Assembly: GCA_963772365.1 (NCBI GenBank)
Contig: CAVYXA010000001.1
Coordinates: 576,001 to 640,000 of the forward strand
DNA: 64,000 nt
Origin: an uncultured Verrucomicrobiae bacterium
GTDB lineage: Bacteria; Verrucomicrobiota; Verrucomicrobiia; Chthoniobacterales; UBA10450
Direction: 5' to 3'
The translations under genes were made by a program, and so were the position numbers. Shown piece by piece: positions 20,531 through 31,909 of this stretch (the stretch's first letter is position 1; every line of letters starts with the position of its first letter). The notes under the pieces were generated by a model, which was not told the DNA's origin, did not search any database, and saw only the letters and a list, made by a program, of their open reading frames with translations.

Positions 20531-20540
20531 TGTCTTTTCA

Positions 20541-21470
<930 letters not shown>

Positions 21471-21490
<20 letters not shown>

Positions 21491-21680
21491 GCATGGCATC
21501 TCCGCAGAGCAGGAGCGCGCGATGCGGCGGGAACAAAATCGAAAAGACCTGCTCTATTGTGCATCGTGGTCGCTGGCCCAAAAAATCGAGGCTGTGGAAG
21601 GAATGGAACAAGTGGCCCGCTCGATCCGGCGTGAAAAGTTCTCCTCCACAACCGACGAGCACGAAGAACTCAAGTGGTAA
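21471..21680 (+). CDS. Small helical hypothetical protein (69 aa), partner of the upstream nucleotidyltransferase
   Basis: AGGGGG RBS; overlaps the 3' end of the NTase gene. Confidence 0.6.
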
Positions 21681-21704
21681 CCCGCGGCGGATCGGCTGCG
21701 CATC

Positions 21705-22814
21705 GTGGAGAAGTTTGATTTCTTAATCGTCGGCGCGGGCTTTGCCGGCGCCGTCCTGGCAGAACGAATCGCCACTCAACTCGGCAAGACCTGTCTCGTG
21801 GTAGAGCGCCGCAACCACATCGCCGGCAACGCTTACGATCATTACGACGAAGCCGGCGTGCTCGTCCACGATTACGGACCGCACTATTTCCGGACAAACT
21901 CGCAACGGATTGTCGATTATCTCAGCCGGTTCACCGACTGGCGCCCGGTCGATTACAAGATTCTCTCCTGGACCAACGGTCGTTACTGGCAGTTCCCGAT
22001 TAATCTCAACACGTTCGAACAATTCATCGGCCGGCCATCCACCAGCCAAGAGATGGAAGAGCAACTGGCCAAGTGGCGGGTCAAGATCGACAACCCGAAG
22101 AACTCCGAGGAAGTAATCGTGTCCCAAGTCGGCTGGCAGTTGTATGAGATGTTTTTTAAAAATTACACGCGCAAACAATGGCAGCGCGACGCCAAAGATC
22201 TCGACCCAAGCGTGTGCGGCCGGATCCCGATTCGGACCAACCGCGACGACCGATATCTGTCCGAGAAATTTCAGGCTCTGCCGAGTGAAGGTTACACCAG
22301 GTTATTCGAACGAATGCTGGATAATCCCAGGATCAACATTCGCCTCAACACCGATTTTCGTGAGGCGCGCGAACAGCTCGCATATCGACATCTCATTTAC
22401 ACTGGTCCCATCGACGAATACTACGATCATTGTTTTGGTCATCTGCCTTATCGCTCGCTCCGGTTTGAACCGGAGAACCTGTGCCAGGAATTTTTCCAGC
22501 TGGCGATGCAGGTAAATTACCCGAACGATCACGAATTCACCCGGATCGTGGAGATCAAACACGCCACGGGACAAAAAATAGGATCGACAACGATCGTGCG
22601 CGAATATCCGCAGGAATTCGGTCCGGGGTGCGAGCCATATTATCCGGTCCCGGCCCCCGATGCCAAAGCGCTCTACGCAAAATATGCCGGGCGCGCCGCG
22701 GCCGAGAAAAAGGTCAGCTTCGTGGGACGCCTGGCTACTTATCGCTACTACAACATGGACCAGGTAGTCGCCATGGCGCTGTCGGAATTCGAAAAGCTGC
22801 GAGCGGGAGGTTGA
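21705..22814 (+). CDS. glf: UDP-galactopyranose mutase
   Basis: IVGAGFAG, HIAGNAYD, YGPHYFRT, LPYRSL.FE, EPYYP, GRLATYRYYNMDQ. Confidence 0.95.
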   Translation: MEKFDFLIVGAGFAGAVLAERIATQLGKTCLVVERRNHIAGNAYDHYDEAGVLVHDYGPHYFRTNSQRIVDYLSRFTDWRPVDYKILSWTNGRYWQFPINLNTFEQFIGRPSTSQEMEEQLAKWRVKIDNPKNSEEVIVSQVGWQLYEMFFKNYTRKQWQRDAKDLDPSVCGRIPIRTNRDDRYLSEKFQALPSEGYTRLFERMLDNPRINIRLNTDFREAREQLAYRHLIYTGPIDEYYDHCFGHLPYRSLRFEPENLCQEFFQLAMQVNYPNDHEFTRIVEIKHATGQKIGSTTIVREYPQEFGPGCEPYYPVPAPDAKALYAKYAGRAAAEKKVSFVGRLATYRYYNMDQVVAMALSEFEKLRAGG

Positions 22815-22826
22815 GAAATAACGATT

Positions 22827-23046
22827 TGGCAAGCGGAGCGCTTGCCCTACAAACATGGACTTCGAATTGTAGGGCGGGTGTATCGCCTGTCCCGGCGCAG
22901 GGCTGGCAAACGGAGCGCTTGCGCTACAAACATGGATTCCGAACTGTGGGGCGGGCGCATCGCCTGCCCCGGCGCAGGGACTGGCAAGCGAGGCGCTTGC
23001 CCTACAAACATGGATTCCGAATTGTAGGGCGGGCGCACCGCCTGCC
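22827..23046. repeat. Tandem array of about 2.8 units (77-78 bp) of GTAG REP doublets (BIME-like)
   Basis: Units start at 22827, 22904 and 22982: TGGCAAGCG..GCGCTTGCCCTACA-AACATGGA...GAA-TTGTAGGGCGGGCG...CGCCTG.CC-CGGCGCAGGG. Confidence 0.9.
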
Positions 23047-23122
23047 TACCGTTTTCGTATGTGACGAATGTCGCCATCGGTGAGATTGCCCCTAGCTGCG
23101 TGAGCTGTTAAATTAGGCAATC

Positions 23123-23362
23123 ATGCATCTGGCTGAAACTCCGGAAGAACAACGCAAATGGATGCAACAATGGCGTGAAGCGGAGAAATATCTGCGGCAG
23201 GTGAAACGGGAAGAACTGCGCGCGATGACAGATCAGGACGCGGTGGCCGCTTTCAATGCCTTGGATATGCCGCTCCATCTCGTCTGGCGCAGTCCCGAAC
23301 GTGTAAACAGCGAGGGTTTGATCGAACAGCAACGCATTTTCAAGAAAGCGCACCGCCATTAA
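23123..23362 (+). CDS. Small helical hypothetical protein (79 aa) upstream of a nucleotidyltransferase
   Basis: Clean ORF whose stop overlaps the start position of the next gene. Confidence 0.65.
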   Translation: MHLAETPEEQRKWMQQWREAEKYLRQVKREELRAMTDQDAVAAFNALDMPLHLVWRSPERVNSEGLIEQQRIFKKAHRH

Positions 23363-23930
23363 CAAGGTTTTCGAAGCCGCACTTGAGCTCCAAGATTTCT
23401 GCAAATCGCAGAATCATCCTTTCTGCTTTATTGGTGGCCTGGCCGTTCAGCGATGGGGTGAGCCCCGCCTAACGATAGACGCGGGCGCTACTTTGCTGAC
23501 CCGTTTTGAAAACGAGCCCGCTCTTGTGTCCGCCTTGACGAAAAAGTTCCGAACCCGGCGCGCAGACGCAGCTGATTTTGCCCTAAAAGCTCGCGTCGTG
23601 CTCCTCTTGGGTTCCAACGATGTTCCAATCGATATCGCCTTAGGAGGTATGCCTTTTGAGGAGCGGACCATAACGCGCGCTTCACTTTGGGAAATTTCGG
23701 AAAGAGACAGCCTCATCACCTGTTCTGCGGAAGACTTGATCGTGCACAAGGCGTTCGCTAATCGCCAGCTCGATTGGCTCGACCTCCAAGGAATTCTCCG
23801 GCGTCAGCGAGAACAACTAAATCTAAAACTCGTGTTTCAAGAGCTGCGGCCGCTGTTGCAGCTAAAAGAAGCGCCCGAAATCGAGGACCGCTTGCGCCGG
23901 ATGATCGAAAATGAGACAGCCGAAAATTGA
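23358..23930 (+). CDS. Pol-beta-fold nucleotidyltransferase, probably degenerate (ATT start, DxD changed to DAG)
   Basis: Frame extends upstream of the tracked ORF: INKVFEAALELQDFC...FIGGLAVQRWGEPRLTIDAG; C-terminal SAEDLIVHKAFANR.LDW.D. Confidence 0.75.
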   Translation: MNKVFEAALELQDFCKSQNHPFCFIGGLAVQRWGEPRLTIDAGATLLTRFENEPALVSALTKKFRTRRADAADFALKARVVLLLGSNDVPIDIALGGMPFEERTITRASLWEISERDSLITCSAEDLIVHKAFANRQLDWLDLQGILRRQREQLNLKLVFQELRPLLQLKEAPEIEDRLRRMIENETAEN

Positions 23931-23934
23931 GCGG

Positions 23935-24010
23935 TCGCTACTACAACATGGACCAGATGATCGGCATGGCCCTGGCGGAATTTGAAAAGCTGGCGATGAA
24001 AGACGTTTGA
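23935..24010 (+). repeat. Second, diverged copy of the glf 3' end
   Basis: 22-bp identity TCGCTACTACAACATGGACCAG with 22742-22763; translates RYYNMDQMIGMALAEFEKLAMKDV* versus glf RYYNMDQVVAMALSEFEKLRAGG*. Confidence 0.9.
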
Positions 24011-24034
24011 TCAGAAGATTCGGTTAGTGGCGGA

Positions 24035-25024
24035 TCACATTTCGAGCTGTTTCAGCTCCGCTTCCACCATTTCGCTGACCAACTGTTCGAACGTGCCACT
24101 CGGTTTCCAGCCAAGTGTCGTGCGAATCTTATCGTCGCAACCGACCAGCCGCGTCGGTTCCGCTGGACGATTAAACGCCGGATCGAATTTTACGTACTTT
24201 TTCCAAGGAAGATCGACGGCTGCGAATGCGGCCTCGACAAAATCCCGAACAGAATGAGTCTCGCCCGTGGCAACGATATAATCATCTGCTGTGTCGTGTT
24301 GTAGCATCAGCCACATCGCTTGCACGTAATCCTGCGCTCGGCCCCAGTCTCTTCGGCTTTCCAGATTCCCGAGCACAACATCCTGATCAAGCCCCCTGGC
24401 GATTCGCGCGGCTGCCCGCGCAATCTTGCGGGTGACAAAATTTTCACCGCGCCGGGGAGATTCATGATTGTAGAGAATTCCGTTGCAAACAAACATTGCG
24501 TAAGATTTCCGGTAAACTCGGCCCAATTGCGTGGCGAAGGCTTTGGCGCAACCGTAAGGACTCGTCGGTGAAATCGGCGTATTTTCGCTTTGCGGCATTT
24601 CTGCCGCACTACCGAAAATTTCCGAGCTCGACGCATGATAAAAACGCACCGATTGCGACTGATCGCGCACGATTTCGAGCAGGCGAAGCGTCGCCATTCC
24701 GGCTTCGTCGCAAGTTGATTCCGGGATTTCGAAACTCAAGCCGACATGGCTTTGACCAGCCAGATGATAAAACTCACTCGGCTTCACATCGCGAAAAATC
24801 CGTCGCAGCGTCGTACTATCCGAGAGGTCGCCGTAGTGAAGAAACAATCGGTGACCATAAACCTTTTCGTCCCGCCGCAAATGCTCGATGCGCGACCGAA
24901 GCAGATTGCTGGTGCGCCTTACGATTCCGTGGACAGTATAGTTTTTTTCCAAAAGTAGCTCGGCAAGATAAGAACCATCCTGGCCAGTGATCCCGGTAAT
25001 GAGGGCGATTTTCGGCTCGCTCAT
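24035..25024 (-). CDS. gmd: GDP-mannose 4,6-dehydratase
   Basis: ALITGITGQDGSYLAELLL, LAGQSHV..SF, SPYGCAK, NHESPRRGENFVTRKI, RDWG. Confidence 0.93.
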   Translation of the reverse strand: MSEPKIALITGITGQDGSYLAELLLEKNYTVHGIVRRTSNLLRSRIEHLRRDEKVYGHRLFLHYGDLSDSTTLRRIFRDVKPSEFYHLAGQSHVGLSFEIPESTCDEAGMATLRLLEIVRDQSQSVRFYHASSSEIFGSAAEMPQSENTPISPTSPYGCAKAFATQLGRVYRKSYAMFVCNGILYNHESPRRGENFVTRKIARAAARIARGLDQDVVLGNLESRRDWGRAQDYVQAMWLMLQHDTADDYIVATGETHSVRDFVEAAFAAVDLPWKKYVKFDPAFNRPAEPTRLVGCDDKIRTTLGWKPSGTFEQLVSEMVEAELKQLEM

Positions 25025-25161
25025 GGAATTTCAAAATTCAGACTCCGAGACCGATTGCATGGACATAGAGGCCAAGCAACGCCTCTACATCGAATTTCCC
25101 CAGTCAGAGCGCGATTTCGGCTGCGGCCAGGCTCTGCAAATCCCGACTGAGATGCTTCTCG

Positions 25162-27111
25162 TCAGGGCACAACCATGCTCCAACCTGACGCCAGCGTGGG
25201 CCCATTAGCCCCGGAGCGATAGCTGTTGTTGTTCATGTACCAAACCGCCGTATGACGGTTGCTGGTTTTGCAGAGCATGTAATCTGGGTATCCATCGGAG
25301 TTGAAATCAGCTGTTCCCATCAGCGAGTAGCCACTTGCAATGGTGGGTCCGTACGCCTTTGTTGTGAGGCCGCATCCGCAGAGATACCAAATCGCTGAGC
25401 GTCTGGTGCTTGACTTGAATAGAACAAAATCTGGATTTCTATCGCCATTAAAGTCGCTGGCCCCGACAAGTTGCCAGCCAGCCGCAACGGTCGGTCCGTA
25501 TTTGCTCGATACAAAACTGTTGTTGTTCAGATACCAGATGGCCGTCTGACGGGTGCTGGAATTGCACAGAAGATAATCTGGTTTCCCGTCGAGATTGAAA
25601 TCGGCAACGCCTACAAGTTGCCAGTTGCCGGGCGGTGTAGGCCCAGCTGCATTTCCCCGATACGTTGCTCCGGACAAATACCAAATCGATGTCCGGTGAG
25701 AGCTTGGATTAAACAGAGCATAATCCGCGTGTCCGTCGCCATCGAAGTCCGCTGAGCCGGCCAGTGTCCATCCAGAGGGAAGCGTAGGACCATACGCCGT
25801 ACCAGTTTGAACATTGCTGTTCATGTACCAAATTGCCGTCTGACGTGTGCTGGATTTGTACAAAACCAGATCCGGCTTGATATCGTTGTTGAAGTCCGTC
25901 GGAGCGGACGAGACCGACGTGCTGTCGGGAAGGAACGAAACAATTGAGTCATCGAAATAACGGTTGCCGGACATCCAGCCTGGAGTGGCAATCCTGCTTC
26001 CATTAGTAATGGCAGGATCGAATCGATTATTTATGATCGAGGTTGAGCAAGTCGTCTGAAGCGGTCGCCACCAGTTATTGTAGGGCGAGCTGGGATAAAA
26101 TGCATTGTTCCGGATTGTCACGTTTGTGGCTCCGTCGGTACGGACAATAATATCTCCGCCGGAAAGGGTGTTATTCTCGATCAGGACATTGTCGGCCAGC
26201 GCGCCAACTAGGCCGATCGCATTGACAACGCCGCTAATATTGGAGTTCTTAATCGTGACTCCAGCTTGTGGAAGCGTGTCACGATAGATTGCATAGCTGC
26301 AGCCGACTGTAGAACAATTGTCGATCACGGCAGATTGATAGCCGTTCACTTGAAATCCGATTCCACCTGTTATCGGATCTCCGGTACCTTCGACATAACA
26401 ATTGCGAATAGTCGCCAGACCAGCACCTGGAAAAGTGTCGCTGTTATTATCGGTCTGCGAATTGCTCGCGTAAATTGCGGTCACTTTTGGGCCGCTTTGC
26501 TCGACCCGGCAATTCTCAATCAAAACGGAGCTTGGCGGAATACTGCCGACGCCCCACAGGGCGAAACCCAGAGTAAAGGTCTCAATCATGCCGCCGGCAT
26601 GAATTACCTTGATGTCGTGAAAGTAGCCGTCCACTGCGCAAATGGCACCAATCGCTTTACGCGGATCATTCAATGTGGGTGATAAATTGATATAGTTACA
26701 GTCGACGGTTAGATCGGAAACCGTGAGATTCCGAATGTAGGCGCCGGCGATTACTTGAAATTGACCTGGATAAATTGCTGTCTGCAGCAGGATAGTTGCG
26801 TCGATACCGGCTCCCGAAATTGTCCAATTGTTCCGTGGGTGCCAGACCATTCCTCCGTGCGTTTCAAATATGCCGGGCCCCAAGTGAATCGTCGTATTCT
26901 CCGAAATACCGTTCATCACGGCATCAAATCTGGCTTGCGTACTTCCGTCGTAGGGATCCTCCTGTGTACCGGTCCCGAGATAGCCATCTTCGCGGAACGC
27001 GATCCAAACTTCGTGCGGAGGGGACGTGGGCAACGCTTGATTTACAGAAAGGAGCGAGAAGAAAGCGAGCGCTAGAAGAAACAAGCAAGCACGTCGTGTT
27101 ATAAAAACCAT
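25162..27111 (-). CDS. Secreted pectin-lyase-like beta-helix protein with five C-terminal 49-aa FG-GAP/VCBS-like repeats
   Basis: Signal peptide; GT..DPYDG, TIHLGPG.F; Asn/Ile-rich coils; repeats DFN.DG.PD..L....TR.TAIWY......GPT...GW at about 25165-25896. Confidence 0.8.
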   Translation of the reverse strand: MVFITRRACLFLLALAFFSLLSVNQALPTSPPHEVWIAFREDGYLGTGTQEDPYDGSTQARFDAVMNGISENTTIHLGPGIFETHGGMVWHPRNNWTISGAGIDATILLQTAIYPGQFQVIAGAYIRNLTVSDLTVDCNYINLSPTLNDPRKAIGAICAVDGYFHDIKVIHAGGMIETFTLGFALWGVGSIPPSSVLIENCRVEQSGPKVTAIYASNSQTDNNSDTFPGAGLATIRNCYVEGTGDPITGGIGFQVNGYQSAVIDNCSTVGCSYAIYRDTLPQAGVTIKNSNISGVVNAIGLVGALADNVLIENNTLSGGDIIVRTDGATNVTIRNNAFYPSSPYNNWWRPLQTTCSTSIINNRFDPAITNGSRIATPGWMSGNRYFDDSIVSFLPDSTSVSSAPTDFNNDIKPDLVLYKSSTRQTAIWYMNSNVQTGTAYGPTLPSGWTLAGSADFDGDGHADYALFNPSSHRTSIWYLSGATYRGNAAGPTPPGNWQLVGVADFNLDGKPDYLLCNSSTRQTAIWYLNNNSFVSSKYGPTVAAGWQLVGASDFNGDRNPDFVLFKSSTRRSAIWYLCGCGLTTKAYGPTIASGYSLMGTADFNSDGYPDYMLCKTSNRHTAVWYMNNNSYRSGANGPTLASGWSMVVP

Positions 27112-27280
27112 AAATATTACTAAGCACGAATCGTGCGAAATTTCCGGAGTTTTTCTCGGGTTCTATTAAAAAAATCAAGACTAAAAAAACAGGTCCGGGA
27201 AAGAACCTGTTTTCCATCGAAACCACACGAGCCCAAGCTGGATACCGCGTGAATCTGCTCCTTGCTCCCAGCCAAAAGGG

Positions 27281-28127
27281 ATGCGATTTAGTCGCGGTTT
27301 GAAAAAGGCCATCGTCACTATTTGTCCTGGCGGACGCCAAAGGAAAATTCTGAATATCGTCTGGCCAACTTGGGACGGGTTCAGCAAGCGTGTTGGCATT
27401 CCGCTCGTCGTAATCGAACGGCCGCTGCACCCGCAGCACTTCTATTGGGGCAAATATTTTCCGTTCGAGATGCGGGAGTTAAACGGGTTCGACGCAGTTT
27501 TGTATCTTGATAATGACGTAATCATTAGTCCCAAAAGCTCTTCCCCATTCGACCAGTGGAATCCCGAGTTGATTGGAATTGTCGACGAACGTAAGCAGCA
27601 GTCGCTCGATGAGATCGCGACCCGTCAGGTACTATCATTCCTACGGCATTCCGGATTCAGCAATACCGACAGCAGCCAAGATTTATAATACGGGCCTTCT
27701 GATCTATTCGCGTGCAAGTGCGCCGTTTTTCAAAAGCATTTATACTCATTGGCAGGATTTCCTCCAACAAATGGCCGACGGCCAGAAACGCCATTATTTG
27801 TTCAGTATTGCCGACCAACCGCACGTCTCGCTCGCTCTTCAGCGGGAAAAAATGGCATATGAACTCGATGTCCGCTTCAACACTCTCTGGTGGCACTGGT
27901 ACCAGAACAATATCAGTACGCGCCATCTTCCCTTCCTCTTGCGATCAAAAGCTGCGGCCTTGACCGTAGACCGGCTTCCGCCAAAACTTTGGTGCTCCAT
28001 TTTCCGCCGCGAAAGAGCGATCTTTGCCGCTGCGCGAGACCGATGTCATTTCCTCCATGTGGCCGGAAGCAAATCTTCGCTCTTTCTGAGCATCGAACCT
28101 AGGCCTTCCATGCAAAGTAATAAATAA
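27281..28127 (+). pseudogene. GT-A fold (GT8-like) glycosyltransferase split by a +1 frameshift
   Basis: VLYLDNDVII (DxD) in the 5' frame; YNTGLL, DQ.HV, FN.LW, FLHVAG in the 3' frame; removing one C from CCC at 27621-27623 joins them. Confidence 0.65.
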
Positions 28128-28290
28128 TGTTTCACCAATGGGACCAGTTAATCTCAAAAGACCTCGTCGTGATCAGCCCGACTAATGGCTCTATGCGGAC
28201 TTTCGACTCTCCCGCGAAAGCATTTTAAATCGCATCTTGGTTAATGCCTCGACCGCCACCTAGCCCCAACCGAATCCGCAACACAGACCG

Positions 28291-29067
28291 ATGATTCAGC
28301 TTCTTCATATTTTCAGGCGCAAGGCGACGACGCTGGGACTGACGATTAGGATATGCTCAAATTGGCCCTCGATTACCCTAGCCAAACTCGGACTTTCCAG
28401 CGGACCAGAGATCATTCGCTTTCGGGACGGTTTTCGACTTAAAATTCTTCGCCCGCTCAAAAGTACCTGGGGCGAAATCTTCGAGCCGGCGATTGCCGAT
28501 GTTTACCAGATTGCCCGGCAAGCACCAGAGCTGATTATCGATGTAGGCGCGAATATCGGGGCGTTCGCCTGCCGGTCTGCCTTTTTGCACTCTAACGCGA
28601 CGATCCACGCGTTTGAACCTTCAGCTGAACATGGAGCGATGCTTCGAAAGAATATTGGCGTAAATGGCCTCTCAAATGTAATAGTCCACGATTACCCCGT
28701 TACGAAGGATGGTAGAGAGGTAATTTTTTCACGGATTGGTGCCGGCGGTAGCTCGGGGATCTTTCTTAAGGACAATAGCGATTCCGCAATTCCCCTAAAA
28801 AGCGTTTCACTCGACGGAATCGATTTTGCAGCGTTTGAGTCCTGCTTTTTCAAACTCGATTGCGAAGGAGCCGAAGGCGAACTTATCGAGTGGATCTGTT
28901 CAAACCTCTCCAAGTTGCCGAAATACATCGTGCTTGTATGTGAATATCATCCTTGGTGCCCAGTGCCGATTGATGAGAGTCTGGCGAAATTGAAAGCAAG
29001 CGGGTTTTCGGCGGAACAAAAAGATCCCTTCGATGAGTGTTACATTTTCGCTTCAAAAGATCATTGA
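28291..29067 (+). CDS. FkbM-family methyltransferase
   Basis: IIDVGANIG, IHAFEPS, FKLDCEGAE. Confidence 0.88.
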   Translation: MIQLLHIFRRKATTLGLTIRICSNWPSITLAKLGLSSGPEIIRFRDGFRLKILRPLKSTWGEIFEPAIADVYQIARQAPELIIDVGANIGAFACRSAFLHSNATIHAFEPSAEHGAMLRKNIGVNGLSNVIVHDYPVTKDGREVIFSRIGAGGSSGIFLKDNSDSAIPLKSVSLDGIDFAAFESCFFKLDCEGAEGELIEWICSNLSKLPKYIVLVCEYHPWCPVPIDESLAKLKASGFSAEQKDPFDECYIFASKDH

Positions 29068-29230
29068 GCTGGCGGCAGGCCTACGAAGTGTTACTGACCC
29101 GACATGATCCTCTCCATTACTGGGGCAGTCCTTCGAACAGATGTGGGTACAAAGTTCCTCGCCATTATTCTGAAAGCCTAAACGCGTTGAAGCATTTGAG
29201 GACAAGGAAAATTCGGTTAATCAGGCGGTA

Positions 29231-30643
29231 ATGCTAAGGAACTTTATTCGTCGCACCTACAGCTCGGCGGTGGCATGGAGCCTTGTTTTCGCGGTCGTTC
29301 GCAGCTGTGGCAACCTGCTCGTGCTCCCGTTGATGTTGCACAAACTGCCCCAGGAGCATCTCGGCTTCTGGTACGTTTTTTTATCGCTGGCCGGGCTTTC
29401 GACTCTTGTGGACATGGGATTCTTTCCAACGATGTCGCGTGTCACAGCCTATCTCTGGGTGGGCGCAAAGCAGATCGACAAACTAGGAGTAACCCCAGTT
29501 CAGAAGGAGGCTGGTTCCAGCGCAACGCCAAATTTTCAGCTTCTTGCCGATCTCGTGAAGACGATGCGATTCTATTATTTAGGTCTGGGCATTTTGATCA
29601 CGCTCGTACTGGCAATTTTCGGAACGCACTGGATCGCCCAGAAAGCTGAACATCTCGCTGGCACACGCAGCGTTCTTGGAGCGTGGTTTCTCTTTCTACC
29701 AGCTATTTTCGTAAATATTGCCAGCGGAATGTGGCATCCTCTCCTTTCGGGCATCAACCAGGTCCGTCTCAATCTCCAGATTCTTATTTGGAGCCTTATT
29801 GCCAACTATCTGATCTCGTTTGCTGGATTGCTTATCGGGCTGGGACTGTTTGCACCGGTGGCCGGATATTTGGCCATGGGCTTGATTTCGCGGACAGCAG
29901 CGCGGAGCAAGTTCCGCCACTTCAGCCAGGCGCATATCTACGCGAGTCATGCGCGTTGGTCACGCGAGTTGCTGGCGCGTTTATGGCCGACGGCCTGGCG
30001 CACGGGTCTTGTGAGCGTTGGGCTTTATGGAACCCTCAATTTCAACACCCTCATTTGCACAGCCTACCTCGGAGTGAAAACGGCAGCCTCATTTGGGCTC
30101 AGCCAGCAACTGGCCTTCGCGGCAATGTCTATTGCCAGCGGTTTTTTTCTTGTAAAGATTCCCTTGATCGCGCAGCTACGCGCGTCAGGGAAGGTCGACG
30201 AGATTTCCCGAATCATCTTTCCGCGGATGCGATGGTTTTGGGCGGTTTACATCGGGCTTGCTGCTGCCGCCATCATCGTCGGCGAACCGGTACTACGCGA
30301 TGTTCTTCACTCGCAGACTCCTTTGCTGTCTACCTCCCTCCTGATTGGACTATTCGCTGTCGTAGGCCTTGAGGGCCATCACGCAGTTTTTCGAGAAATC
30401 ACACTTACGTCGCACTGTAATCCATTTGCCGCACCGGTGATAATTGCCGCTATCTTCATTGTTTTGTTAAGTTTAATCCTGGTGCGATGGTTTGGGTTGT
30501 GGGGTCTGATCGTTGCTCCTGGCATAGTCCAGCTATGCTTTAATAACTGGTGGACCGTTCTCGTCGGTCTTCGCTCAATGGAAAAATCAGTGCGCGACTA
30601 CATTTACGGGCTTGTGGGCATACGCCGGAGTAGCAGTGGGTAA
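29231..30643 (+). CDS. Polysaccharide flippase (Wzx/MOP-like)
   Basis: About 12 hydrophobic segments, LG.WYVFLSL...DMGF motif, position in a polysaccharide cluster. Confidence 0.75.
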   Translation: MLRNFIRRTYSSAVAWSLVFAVVRSCGNLLVLPLMLHKLPQEHLGFWYVFLSLAGLSTLVDMGFFPTMSRVTAYLWVGAKQIDKLGVTPVQKEAGSSATPNFQLLADLVKTMRFYYLGLGILITLVLAIFGTHWIAQKAEHLAGTRSVLGAWFLFLPAIFVNIASGMWHPLLSGINQVRLNLQILIWSLIANYLISFAGLLIGLGLFAPVAGYLAMGLISRTAARSKFRHFSQAHIYASHARWSRELLARLWPTAWRTGLVSVGLYGTLNFNTLICTAYLGVKTAASFGLSQQLAFAAMSIASGFFLVKIPLIAQLRASGKVDEISRIIFPRMRWFWAVYIGLAAAAIIVGEPVLRDVLHSQTPLLSTSLLIGLFAVVGLEGHHAVFREITLTSHCNPFAAPVIIAAIFIVLLSLILVRWFGLWGLIVAPGIVQLCFNNWWTVLVGLRSMEKSVRDYIYGLVGIRRSSSG

Positions 30644-30766
30644 ATCGGCAAGGACGTTGCCCGAAATCTACATAGTGGCAAAATCTTTGCCCATATTGAG
30701 CAGCACTTCAATGGCGTGTTTTTTAGCCTAACCTTTCGTTCAAATGATCTGGTCGCGGAATTAAAC

Positions 30767-31909
30767 ATGTCCATCAAGAAGATTCCCTTAGTGCTAAATG
30801 GTCTTCCGCTAGCTAATCCTAAAGTTGGTCAGGGAGTTTACACATCAAGGCTGATTAGCGCATTGGAGCGACGCGGCGACGTCGATTTCACTGTTGTAAC
30901 AAGACCAGATGTCGATGTTCCAGCAGACTTGCCGCGTCATCGGTTTATCTGCCTCCCTAAAGGCCCGACGCCGAAACATGATCTCCTTGCCCATATTTTT
31001 TGGTCGGAACGTTTGCTTCGATTTGTATCGAGAGAATTTCCGAACGCGATTTTTCATTCGCCCGGGCCGATTTCAGGGACTCGAATGCCGTCCCGAACAA
31101 TTGTAACGCTACACGATTGTATCTATCGGACATTCCCACGATACATCGGGCGTTTCTTTGTTCGGAGGTTCTTACTGCGGTCCACGGAGCGGTTTGCAGC
31201 GCGAAGTCATCTAATCCTCACCGATTCGGAATTTTCCAAACAGGAATTGATAAGCAAGGTGGGATTACCGCAAGAAAGAATCGAAATTCTTTATCCGTGG
31301 GTTGGATCGGAATACTTGCGCGAAATATCCGATGCGGATGTCGATCTTGTTAAGCGAAAGCTAAAGCTGCCGAATCGCTTTTGGCTCTATATCGGCGGAT
31401 ACGATTATCGGAAAAACGTCGAATTTCTTTTGAGAGCCTATGCGGAAGCCACTCGGGTACGTCCGCTGCCTCCCTTAGTGTTGGCAGGAAAAATTCCACC
31501 AGCGGGTCCTGCACTATGCGACGTGCGCGGGACATTGCATGAGATTGCTCTTCCTGACGATCAAATCATTTTACCAGGACCAATTTTGCAAGACGATCTC
31601 CCTGCTCTGTACCACGCGGCATCGCTCTTTATTTTTCCTTCATTGATGGAAGGATTCGGATTGCCACCAGCCGAAGCAACGGCAGTAGGCACGCCGGTCC
31701 TGGTTTCAAACAGATCCAGCCTTCCCGAAGTTATCCCAATGCAGTCCTCTTGGTTTGACCCGACGGATCTCAAAAGCCTGACAACAAAGCTCAATGGAGC
31801 TATGGAAAATGAGCAACTGTTCGCTGTGAAACTCGATCCTCGTTTTACTGAGGATCATGCAATACGGCGGTACACCGATCTTCTGCAAAGCAATTATGGT
31901 TCGTCCTAA
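30767..31909 (+). CDS. GT4 glycosyltransferase
   Basis: VTLHDCI, TDSEFSK, RKNV, FIFPSLMEGFGLPPAEA...GTPV. Confidence 0.9.
   Translation: MSIKKIPLVLNGLPLANPKVGQGVYTSRLISALERRGDVDFTVVTRPDVDVPADLPRHRFICLPKGPTPKHDLLAHIFWSERLLRFVSREFPNAIFHSPGPISGTRMPSRTIVTLHDCIYRTFPRYIGRFFVRRFLLRSTERFAARSHLILTDSEFSKQELISKVGLPQERIEILYPWVGSEYLREISDADVDLVKRKLKLPNRFWLYIGGYDYRKNVEFLLRAYAEATRVRPLPPLVLAGKIPPAGPALCDVRGTLHEIALPDDQIILPGPILQDDLPALYHAASLFIFPSLMEGFGLPPAEATAVGTPVLVSNRSSLPEVIPMQSSWFDPTDLKSLTTKLNGAMENEQLFAVKLDPRFTEDHAIRRYTDLLQSNYGSS

Noticed and set aside
22827..23046. CRISPR array
   Set aside because: The would-be spacers are near-identical, the units are REP doublets found elsewhere in the window, and no cas genes are present.
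22842..23083. Short ORFs across the repeat array
   Set aside because: They are translations of the tandem repeats with no independent coding evidence.
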